A DNA stretch of 59,731 nucleotides from a virus. Lineage: Duplodnaviria > Caudoviricetes. The DNA lies in the IMG/VR virus record IMGVR_UViG_3300010401_000039, positions 1 through 59,731 of that record. One strand, given 5' to 3'. Position numbers and translations under genes: made by a program. Below, piece after piece: positions 52,068 to 59,731 of the stretch. Every line of letters begins with the position of its first letter. Position 1 is the stretch's first letter. Under the pieces are notes generated by a model that was not told where the DNA came from, searched no databases, and was given only the letters and a program-made list of their open reading frames with translations.

Positions 52068-53387
52068 ATGGCGTGGAATTGCTCAGCTTTTTTCGATTAC
52101 TTATTTGACCGTGTCCCACATTGGGACAGTCGCGTTGAAAGAGACTGGTGGCCAAACGACGACGCGTGGGTTGGACAAGTTGAACTAATGGAGTGGGCAC
52201 CGCGCACCGGCACGTCGCACACGTGGGACCGGGTGCATGTGGGCACGCCGGACCTGACGGGGTGCTGGGAGGAAGTAAACTTCGAGGACGAGCAGTGCGT
52301 GGACAACGCGTGCGATCCGGCGAGCAAAACGGTTAGCTGGGGCAGCACGCGCAAGAGTTACACGTACTCTAGGCAGCGCGTGAAGACGTTGCCGCTGTGC
52401 TTCGACCAGATCAACACGCGGGCGCTCGCCGAACAGCAGGTGAGCAGCATCGTGGACGGCCTCAAGGACATCGTGAAGATGTACAAGAGCGACTTCATGC
52501 GGCGCAACTCGCTCCAGAAGGCCGACTTCATTTACATCGCCGACGACCGCAACCTGAGCATCGCGATTGACGGCAGCACATTCAACGTGGACTGCACGGA
52601 GATTGACCTGGGCAGCGCTGATAACGTGCCGCAGAGCCAGTTGACCATTCCCTACCTGCAACGGCAGTGGGCGCCGCTTCAATACAACGGCTACTTCAAA
52701 TACAAGTTCGTGCCCAACGGCATGATGAAGCTTATCACCGACCCGATTGTGGCGTGGCAGCTTGAGCAGGGCAACCCAGCGCTCACGGAGAAGTACCGCT
52801 TCACGGACTTCACCAAGGGCGGCGAGTTGTTCAAGTACGGCATGAGCACGGCGGTCGGCAACTTCGGCATCGCCTATGACGTGTTCCCTATGCGGTTTAA
52901 TCACATCGGCGGCGGCGTGCTGCGACGGGTGTTCCCTTACACGAACACGGCGGCGACCATCGGCATCAAGCGCCAGTTCGATCAGGCGTACGAGGAAGCC
53001 TGCATTCAGTACAGCCCAATCTGGCATCCGAGCGCGATGATTGCGCTGGTGCCGTCGTTGCGGAGCGTGTCGCCGGAAGCGCCGTTCTTCAACCGCGACC
53101 TGTTTGGCAAATGGTACTTCCTTGGCGGCAACCGCGACCGCAGCTTTGTCGCGACCGACCCGTCCACAGGCGACGTTTGCACCATCGACAACACGGCTGG
53201 CAATAAGGGCCTTTGGTGGACCGACATGCAGGCGGGCATCAAGTTTGTGCGGCCCGAGCTGGTGCGCGGCATCCTGCACTTGCGCGAGCCTGGGTGTCTG
53301 AGTAATTCGCCGCGGTGTACTCCTTGTCCAGACACGTACGCTCCTCAAAACTTTGAGCAGAATCCGTTTTGCCAAGAGCTCACATAA
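52068..53387 (+). CDS. Major capsid protein (putative), Cys-rich
   Basis: 439 aa, strong codon bias, long dedicated leader, downstream hairpin, follows the scaffold module. Confidence 0.75.
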   Translation: MAWNCSAFFDYLFDRVPHWDSRVERDWWPNDDAWVGQVELMEWAPRTGTSHTWDRVHVGTPDLTGCWEEVNFEDEQCVDNACDPASKTVSWGSTRKSYTYSRQRVKTLPLCFDQINTRALAEQQVSSIVDGLKDIVKMYKSDFMRRNSLQKADFIYIADDRNLSIAIDGSTFNVDCTEIDLGSADNVPQSQLTIPYLQRQWAPLQYNGYFKYKFVPNGMMKLITDPIVAWQLEQGNPALTEKYRFTDFTKGGELFKYGMSTAVGNFGIAYDVFPMRFNHIGGGVLRRVFPYTNTAATIGIKRQFDQAYEEACIQYSPIWHPSAMIALVPSLRSVSPEAPFFNRDLFGKWYFLGGNRDRSFVATDPSTGDVCTIDNTAGNKGLWWTDMQAGIKFVRPELVRGILHLREPGCLSNSPRCTPCPDTYAPQNFEQNPFCQELT

Positions 53388-53393
53388 TTCATC

Positions 53394-53432
53394 GTCGGCG
53401 CGGGGCGCTTCACAACCGTCCCGTGTCGGCTT
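53394..53432 (+). terminator. Hairpin after capsid gene (attenuator/terminator-like)
   Basis: GTCGGCGCGGGGCG/CGTCCCGTGTCGGC with a weak U-tract. Confidence 0.45.
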
Positions 53433-53438
53433 CATCTT

Positions 53439-53675
53439 ATGGCTATGCCTATGCCCGAGCCTGACGTTGAGACAGGCGCCGACAGCATCACGATTCCCAA
53501 GAGCGTGCTGGGCGACCGCAAGTGCAAGCCCGGCGAGAAGCTGACCTTTACCGTGACGGACGTGGACGAGGACGCGGGCGAAGTTGAAGTCGTGTTCTCG
53601 GGCTACGGCGGCGGCGGCGGGGCTGACCGCGGCGGACGCGACCCGGAGATGGACAACTACGCAATGGAAACCTGA
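53439..53675 (+). CDS. Small acidic protein
   Basis: KPGEKLTFTVTDVDEDAGEVEV. Confidence 0.65.
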   Translation: MAMPMPEPDVETGADSITIPKSVLGDRKCKPGEKLTFTVTDVDEDAGEVEVVFSGYGGGGGADRGGRDPEMDNYAMET

Positions 53676-53678
53676 CCT

Positions 53679-54044
53679 ATGCCACTCACCTGCACAGCAA
53701 GCGACATCGCAGAAGCCGCGAAATGCTTCCAAAACTACTGCGTCAACGAGGCGGACCGGCTCGCCATCGCTGTCCTGTTCAAAGCCTACCAGCTAGTGAC
53801 GGCGGGCGGCACAAACTACACGACCAACTTCGACGCGCTCATTGCCGATTCGGTTGGCATCATCAGCATCGGCCACAACGAAATGTCCGCGGAGGAACTG
53901 GCGCTGTTGCAGGACGCGACGGTCGGTGCGCCGGATACCGTGAATGAATTGCTTGCGGCGGTGACCTGCCTGCGATGCCAGCCGCTCAAGGTGCTTCGCA
54001 AGGCGCTCCTGTTCTTGCAGTGCGCCATCACGGCGGAGGGCTAA
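53679..54044 (+). CDS. Cys-rich virion protein
   Basis: Shares the 'NELLA.V.CL.C' motif with the next gene. Confidence 0.65.
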   Translation: MPLTCTASDIAEAAKCFQNYCVNEADRLAIAVLFKAYQLVTAGGTNYTTNFDALIADSVGIISIGHNEMSAEELALLQDATVGAPDTVNELLAAVTCLRCQPLKVLRKALLFLQCAITAEG

Positions 54045-54047
54045 ACC

Positions 54048-54407
54048 GTGGCCGTCATAGACCCACAGGCGGCGATTGACGCAGCGCAGCCGTGGTGCTG
54101 CGTGCCAACCGGAGACCTTTGGTATGCGGTCCTCGCCGCTTTAATCGACGTTGGAGAAGGGAATCCCGTGCCTGCTACAAATGAACTCTTGGCTCAGGTC
54201 GCGTGCTTGAAATGTGCCGTGCAATCGGGCGACCTGCCGTTGCTGCTCCTCGGTGCGGTGAGTGGCATTACAGGTGGGGGCAGCGGCGGAAGTGGCGTTA
54301 CGTGCGGTTCCGGCCCTCCTGTCGCAGCGCCGTCAGGAACGTGCGGCATCTACATCGACACCGACGACGGCACGACGTACAAGTACTATCTCGGAGCTTG
54401 GCATTAA
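54048..54407 (+). CDS. Cys-rich virion protein (fibre-attachment-like C-terminus)
   Basis: NELLAQVACLKC and GSGPP...GIYIDTDDGTTYKY..GAW. Confidence 0.65.
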   Translation: MAVIDPQAAIDAAQPWCCVPTGDLWYAVLAALIDVGEGNPVPATNELLAQVACLKCAVQSGDLPLLLLGAVSGITGGGSGGSGVTCGSGPPVAAPSGTCGIYIDTDDGTTYKYYLGAWH

Positions 54408-54411
54408 CCCA

Positions 54412-57150
54412 ATGAAACGCCTGTTCGCAGTCATCATCACGGCCCTCGCAGCATTGCCCCTCGTCGCAGCCAACTTCGACAACGCCTTTACGACAAACCG
54501 ATTCACAAATGCGTTTTATGAAGCGACTACCGGGCGATTGACGTTGGGCACGCCCACAACGGCTGGACCTGCGCTTCTGACGCTGGGTGGGTCGCTGGGC
54601 AGAACCAACGGCCTCTACATCGGCACCGGCACAATTGGTAACGGCAACAATCTGCAACTCTGGCAAACCAATGGCGAGAGCTTCCTGTCGTTTGGCAAAT
54701 CGGTCGGCGCTTATAGCTTCAGCCTCTACGATAACTTTACGCAAGTGCCGTTGCTCAAGTTGCGCGGCAGCGGCATCGCCGACCTGACAGGCAACTGGCG
54801 TCCGCTAAATGTCGGGCCGACGAAGCTGGTTACGACCGACGCGAACACCAACTTGGCGGGCGTGGCGATAACGGGCGATTCCAATGTGTTCTTCAACGGC
54901 AACGGCGCATTCAGCGCACCACCCGGCAGCGGCATCACGAACTCGGGCACCGGGACGGCAAACACGCTGGCGAAGTGGACCGGGACGAACTCGCTGGGCA
55001 ATTCGACGATTACGAACACCGCCAGCGCCATTGGCTTGGGCAACGGCTCGCTGGCTGGCACCACGCTTTCGGGTAGCTCCGACGTGGTGGCCATTGGCGA
55101 GACGGCGCTGCAAACCTCAGCTTTCACGAACAGCTCGTCGATTTTCGTTGTGGGATCGCTCGCGGATGTGGGAGCCAGCAATCTTTTTGGATTCTACGGC
55201 TTAGGCATTAGCGGCGGCGGGAACAGCCTGTTTCGAGACTCCAGTCAGCTCGTTTGGCTTGGGGATTCGCTATTCGACAGTACGACCGTGACGAACAGTT
55301 CCGATCTGATAGGCGTAGGCCATTCGGTATTCAACTCGGCGGTGATACAGACCGGCACCGACCTATTCGGGATAGGCCATTTCGCCCTTTCAAGCTCGGT
55401 CATCACCAACTCACAGGACATTTATGGATTCGGCTACGGGCCTCTGTTTGCCGCCAAAGTCACGAACAGTTCGCAGATTTACGGCTATGGCGATTCGGCC
55501 TTGGACCACGCAAAGGTGAGCGGCTCGTCTGAAGTTTACGCTTATGGCGATGGTGCGCTGGAAACATCAACGCTGACGAACGTGTCGGACATCTACGCCT
55601 TTGGGACCAGCGCCGGTAGCGCATTGAGCCTGAGCGGCAAGTCCCACATCTTCATGCTCGGCAGCGGTGCGCTGGCGACCAACAGCAATGATTACGTGTT
55701 CGGAAACAGCGCCTACAACTATTTCTTCCCTGGCGCCTCGGCGAGATTTGCCGCAACCCCAACTGTGAACGGGGTTCCGGTGCTGACCAATGCGAGCGGC
55801 ACAACCGTATCGGTAAACGGCACCAACGTGACGACGCCGAACTTCACCAACACGGCGACGGTCACACTAGCCGTCAGCGGCAGCAATATTCTGGCGACGG
55901 CGATTGTCCCGGCAGGCACTGCCAGCGCCAGCGGCACTGCGAACACAGTCGCCAAGTTCACGAGCAGCACAAACCTTGGCAATTCGTCCATCACGGACAA
56001 CGGCACGACGGTCGCGTTGACCAGCGGCATCACGACGGTCGCTGGCACGCAGACCAACACCGCAACGGCTATCAGCCAAGTGCCATTCGTAGCTGTGGGC
56101 GCTAGCGGGCAGACCAACGATTTGATGCAGTGGATGGCAAGCGCAGGCACGAATTATTCAAAGGTCAACTCGAACGGGCAGTTCCTCCTGCAAAGAGGTA
56201 GCCAGACCAATCCTAGCCTTGGTTTCCTTGAAGATGCGGACGGCGCTGCCACCGGCTTATTTCGTCAGGCTGCCGATACGATAGGCTTCACTCTCAATGG
56301 AACCGAAAGAGTCCGCATCGCGAGTAGCGGCGCGCTGCACACTACGTTCTTCGCTGCGACTTCTGACGGTGCCTACGGGTTCACTTCAAGCACGTCGCTT
56401 GGCGGTGGGTACGATACTCAGCTAAGTCGTGATGCCGCTGCGGTGTTTCAACTGGGCGCGGATGCGGCGACGCCCGTCAACCAAGCGCTCAAGGCGGCGG
56501 ACGGCTCCGGCACCGACAAGGCAGGCGCGAACTTCACGCTCGAAGGCGGGCAAGGCACTGGCACTGGCGTAGGCGGCACATTCTACATCGCCACCGCGAA
56601 GGCCAGAACGACGGCGGCGACGGTTAATCCTTACACGAATTGGTTCAGCGTGGACGCCAATGGCGCGGTGGCAGTCAGCAATATCACCGGCACGGCGACG
56701 AGCTTGGCCGGGTTCACGTCGAGCAACACACTGGCAGGCGTTGGCATCGGCGCCGGGTTGGCGATGAGCGGGACAAACCTGACGGTAACGACGACAGGCG
56801 TGAGCACAGCAGTCACTCCGCTGGCTTATTCCGGCACGAATATCACAGGCTTCGATTGCACGACGAACAACATGAGCTATACGCTTACGTTGACGAATCA
56901 CTGTCTGTTCGGCACTTCGACGTTCACCGGGCTCCCAAACAAGACGACGAACATGTTCTTCACCGTTGGCTTTCAGCAAGACGCCACTGGAGGGTGGACT
57001 CCGAAGTTCACGAATACTGTCGTGGCTTGGGCTGACGGCAATCAACCTGTGATTCGCACAAACGCCAATGCCGTGAGCTTTGTTTATCTGCACACGCATC
57101 TTTTCACCAACAGCATGTTGGTCGGCAGCGCGAATATAGGGCTTCAATGA
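54412..57150 (+). CDS. Tail fibre/adhesin-like protein with N-terminal signal peptide
   Basis: MKRLFAVIITALAALPLVA-AN. YadA-like IG..AL repeats, duplicated GTANT.AK.T..(N/T).LGNS.IT, C-terminal QQDATGGW...W domain. Confidence 0.8.
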   Translation: MKRLFAVIITALAALPLVAANFDNAFTTNRFTNAFYEATTGRLTLGTPTTAGPALLTLGGSLGRTNGLYIGTGTIGNGNNLQLWQTNGESFLSFGKSVGAYSFSLYDNFTQVPLLKLRGSGIADLTGNWRPLNVGPTKLVTTDANTNLAGVAITGDSNVFFNGNGAFSAPPGSGITNSGTGTANTLAKWTGTNSLGNSTITNTASAIGLGNGSLAGTTLSGSSDVVAIGETALQTSAFTNSSSIFVVGSLADVGASNLFGFYGLGISGGGNSLFRDSSQLVWLGDSLFDSTTVTNSSDLIGVGHSVFNSAVIQTGTDLFGIGHFALSSSVITNSQDIYGFGYGPLFAAKVTNSSQIYGYGDSALDHAKVSGSSEVYAYGDGALETSTLTNVSDIYAFGTSAGSALSLSGKSHIFMLGSGALATNSNDYVFGNSAYNYFFPGASARFAATPTVNGVPVLTNASGTTVSVNGTNVTTPNFTNTATVTLAVSGSNILATAIVPAGTASASGTANTVAKFTSSTNLGNSSITDNGTTVALTSGITTVAGTQTNTATAISQVPFVAVGASGQTNDLMQWMASAGTNYSKVNSNGQFLLQRGSQTNPSLGFLEDADGAATGLFRQAADTIGFTLNGTERVRIASSGALHTTFFAATSDGAYGFTSSTSLGGGYDTQLSRDAAAVFQLGADAATPVNQALKAADGSGTDKAGANFTLEGGQGTGTGVGGTFYIATAKARTTAATVNPYTNWFSVDANGAVAVSNITGTATSLAGFTSSNTLAGVGIGAGLAMSGTNLTVTTTGVSTAVTPLAYSGTNITGFDCTTNNMSYTLTLTNHCLFGTSTFTGLPNKTTNMFFTVGFQQDATGGWTPKFTNTVVAWADGNQPVIRTNANAVSFVYLHTHLFTNSMLVGSANIGLQ

Positions 57151-58010
57151 GAGCCTTCCTGTTATCGCTGTTGATCGCGTGGACGGCCAACGCCGCCTGC
57201 ACGCCGCCGCCAAACACGTATGACATCTTCGCGGATACGTGGCGCAACCAGGTGCTGGCGACCGGAACGCCGCTCAGCGCAGCCGCGTATCGCGCTGGCA
57301 CGGTGTTCATGCAACAAACCGGATGGTGGGGCGTGCGGCCTTACCTGAAGCGGGTGAACCTGTATCTGGGCGGCACCACCAACGCGATGCTCATACCGAT
57401 CATTCGCGACTGGTTCAGTTCGTCGGACCAGTCGGACAGCTTAGTCGCATTCGCGAGCACGGACTTTGACGAGACCCTTGGCTTGACGGGCAACACGACC
57501 TCGAAATATCTGCGTTGTAATGGCACGCCGGGACTCAACTTGAACGGTCTGACGGTCTCGACCAACTTGCATCTCTCGGCGTATGTGCGGACGAGCACCA
57601 ACGAGGCGTCATTCACGATGGGAGTGCAGACGGGCACGACCATTCCGCTGTTCTATTTGTTCGTCTCGTCAACCGGCGTGCAGACATCAACGCAGCTTGG
57701 TTCGACGGCGATTGCGGTTTACACCGACACGACGGGTGTCGGCTTCTTCGTTGCCACTCGCAGGTCTCCAACTGATCTTGCGCTTTACAAGAACGGAGTG
57801 GTGCAAGCTACTGATACGACCTCGGATACCGGCGTCATATCGTCGGTGGACATGATAGTTCATGCGCTGAACCAAGGTGGCACTCCGGCACTGTTCACGA
57901 GTCGCACCTTGAGCTTTTACGGCATTGGCCTCACCATTCCGGTGGCGTTGGAGAAGCCTTATTATGACGCGGTGCAGAACGTGCAAATTCGGATGGCACG
58001 CCAGAAGTGA
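57147..58010 (+). CDS. Signal-peptide protein with LamG/concanavalin-like domain
   Basis: MRAFLLSLLIAWTANA-A and HLSAYV...FFVATR...LALYKNGV. Confidence 0.75.
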   Translation: MRAFLLSLLIAWTANAACTPPPNTYDIFADTWRNQVLATGTPLSAAAYRAGTVFMQQTGWWGVRPYLKRVNLYLGGTTNAMLIPIIRDWFSSSDQSDSLVAFASTDFDETLGLTGNTTSKYLRCNGTPGLNLNGLTVSTNLHLSAYVRTSTNEASFTMGVQTGTTIPLFYLFVSSTGVQTSTQLGSTAIAVYTDTTGVGFFVATRRSPTDLALYKNGVVQATDTTSDTGVISSVDMIVHALNQGGTPALFTSRTLSFYGIGLTIPVALEKPYYDAVQNVQIRMARQK

Positions 58011-58021
58011 GCAATAAATCT

Positions 58022-58432
58022 ATGAAACGAATCCTTGTGTCGGTGCTGTTGTTTTCGGCTCTCGCGGCCCATGCGCAGAGTGTCAGCGTCCGCGTCACGA
58101 CCAACGACGGGTCGGTCGGCGCGACCAATACCATCAACGTGCCTGCCATCTATGTTCAAGGACTGCTCGCGCAATGGGGCGACAACTCGCGGACGAGGAC
58201 CAACGCAGGGTTGTCGGCGCTGACGTTCAACGCTTACGTGTCGCAGGAGCTTGGCGACAAGAGCGCGGAATGGAACCGGCGCGGCGGGCTGGACGCAGCA
58301 GCGGCGTTTGCGCTGACTCAGGGGCAGACTAATCTCGCGATCCCGCCCAAGATCGGTGACCTATGGGGCGGCTTCACGCAAGCGCAGCGCACCAACGCCA
58401 TCTTATTCATTGTGACGGCGGGGCCATTTTGA
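58022..58432 (+). CDS. Signal-peptide protein
   Basis: MKRILVSVLLFSALAAHA-Q. Confidence 0.75.
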   Translation: MKRILVSVLLFSALAAHAQSVSVRVTTNDGSVGATNTINVPAIYVQGLLAQWGDNSRTRTNAGLSALTFNAYVSQELGDKSAEWNRRGGLDAAAAFALTQGQTNLAIPPKIGDLWGGFTQAQRTNAILFIVTAGPF

Positions 58433-58551
58433 CCTTCCTCGATTACCTTCGGTCGATGTGGTGCTGGGTCGCTGGACATCGTTTTGTCGAGCGCCCTGAC
58501 GGGATGCGATTTTGCACCAGATGCCGTCGCCATGTGCTTTTGGTCCGCTAA
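58429..58551 (+). CDS. Small C..GH...C.RC protein (DUF1660-like)
   Basis: TTGA-coupled. WCWVAGHRF...FCTRC. Confidence 0.5.
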   Translation: MTFLDYLRSMWCWVAGHRFVERPDGMRFCTRCRRHVLLVR

Positions 58552-58595
58552 AAGCATCTGTTGACGGCAGCGCAGGCGGGGCGGACACTTGCGGC

Positions 58596-58772
58596 ATGAA
58601 CGAACAAGCCACGTCAGCCATCAGAAGCGTCTTAAAGCTGGTCGGCGGTGCCCTGATAACCAAGGGTTATACCGACAACTCGACGCTGGAAATCATCATC
58701 GCCGGGATCATTGCGGCGGTAGGCGTCGGCTGGTCGATTCTTCATCATTCGACGACCAAGCCAACGTCGTAA
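58596..58772 (+). CDS. Small two-TM holin-like protein
   Basis: IRSVLKLVGGALITKGY...IIAAVGVGWSI. Confidence 0.7.
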   Translation: MNEQATSAIRSVLKLVGGALITKGYTDNSTLEIIIAGIIAAVGVGWSILHHSTTKPTS

Positions 58773-59135
58773 AGCGTGCGTCACGCGGTTTATTTCTATT
58801 ACCCGAATGACGAGCTTGTTCTCTACATCGCCATCATCAGCCCGGATAACAAGGTGCGATTCTTCACCGAGGCGGGCACGGAGGCGGTCAGCACGGCCAT
58901 TCCGCTGGAGAAGGCGCTTCGCAACGGGCGCTTCGTGCAGCTTGGAGTCACCAACCGCCGGTCGCAGTGCAGCAAGTTCAACTTGGAACGAGGCAGCGAA
59001 CGGGATCAGTTGCCGCCCGAGTTCATCAACGGACGGCGCACTGTCCAACCGTATTTTGATCCGAACGGCAACAACGGCCTGGGTTGCTGGTGCAGCCATG
59101 CAACGAACGGCAACGGCCACACGAAAGTCAACGGC

Positions 59136-59731
59136 ATGAAAAAAACAACACTTCTGTTTCTGGCCCTGCTCTGGTCGCTGGGCGTCAACGCCGCGAACAC
59201 GAACCTCGTCTGGAACACGAGCGCAGGCGCACTCAGCTACACCGTTTACTCGTCGGTTGGCACTGCGCCATTTGCGCCCATCCTGAATCTCACCGGGAAC
59301 ACCGCGTCGGTGCCGGTGAACGCTACGCTGGTGACGCGCTTCTACGTGACGGCGGTGAATACGGTCGGCGAGAGCGGCCCCAGCAACACGGTGACGAACC
59401 AGCCGGGGCCGGTGCCGCCGAGCGGTCCGGTCATTACGATGGTCGCGCCGGGCCTCTCGACGACCAACGTGGCGATAGGACAAAGCGTCAACATCACGGC
59501 GCTGATACAGAACACGGGCGATGCAGACTTCGTGGCGGTGGACGGCGCACTGACGCTGTTGCCGCCCGGTGCGACGCGGGATAGCGGGCCCTATATCCAC
59601 GTAGTTATCCTTCAACCACCGCTGGTGGTCGCAGCCAAGAGCAGCGCAGCCATCACGGGCACTTGGACGGCCACGACGGGCGTCGCGACGGGCATCTACA
59701 CGGCGTACATGGTCGTCAAGAGCAGCGCCGG
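59136..59731 (+). CDS. 3'-truncated signal-peptide FN3 + Ig/CARDB-like protein
   Basis: MKKTTLLFLALLWSLGVNA-A, LVWNTS.GA.SY.VY...FYVTAVN..GESGPSN. Runs off the window. The frame is also open upstream to GTG 58776. Confidence 0.8.
   Translation, partial: MKKTTLLFLALLWSLGVNAANTNLVWNTSAGALSYTVYSSVGTAPFAPILNLTGNTASVPVNATLVTRFYVTAVNTVGESGPSNTVTNQPGPVPPSGPVITMVAPGLSTTNVAIGQSVNITALIQNTGDADFVAVDGALTLLPPGATRDSGPYIHVVILQPPLVVAAKSSAAITGTWTATTGVATGIYTAYMVVKSSA
59464..59731 (+). repeat. Diverged direct repeat, copy 2 (pairs with 1-268)
   Basis: Same reading frame and domain as 1-268, with about 7 aa differences. Confidence 0.95.

Noticed and set aside
58807-59139. 110-aa ORF in the track
   Set aside because: Ser/Thr/Arg-rich off-frame pattern. 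The overlapping 58776 frame has the coding-like codon usage, although the ATGA overlap at 59136 leaves some doubt.

Overview
The window looks like an almost complete ~59.5 kb GC-rich dsDNA tailed-phage genome. It is probably podovirus-like, because it has no tape measure gene but has three ejection-type proteins and adaptor/nozzle-type genes. Its two ends (1-268 and 59464-59731) are gapless but diverged copies of the same coding segment. Layout: lysis/membrane genes (0-1.8 kb); a leftward replication/recombination operon (UDG-exonuclease and a separately encoded PolA domain, C5 methylase, Sak4-like ATPase, PD-(D/E)XK nuclease, XRE regulator); an AAA_25 helicase and a candidate origin; small early genes; leftward portal and terminase; rightward virion, glycosyltransferase, capsid and fibre genes. 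I saw no integrase, tRNA, CRISPR, recognisable primase or recognisable endolysin. Strongest unusual signals: (1) a terminase intein whose endonuclease (Zn-finger + DUF559/Vsr-like) is encoded in the +1 frame as a nested gene and dual-codes the intein C-terminal splicing blocks; (2) a pseudoknotted 5'-leader RNA present in five covarying copies; (3) fibre/adhesin-type genes carrying Sec signal peptides, next to capsid-module glycosyltransferases and Cys-rich virion proteins; (4) a split family A polymerase with non-canonical catalytic motifs. All product calls come from motif recognition by eye, with no database searches.
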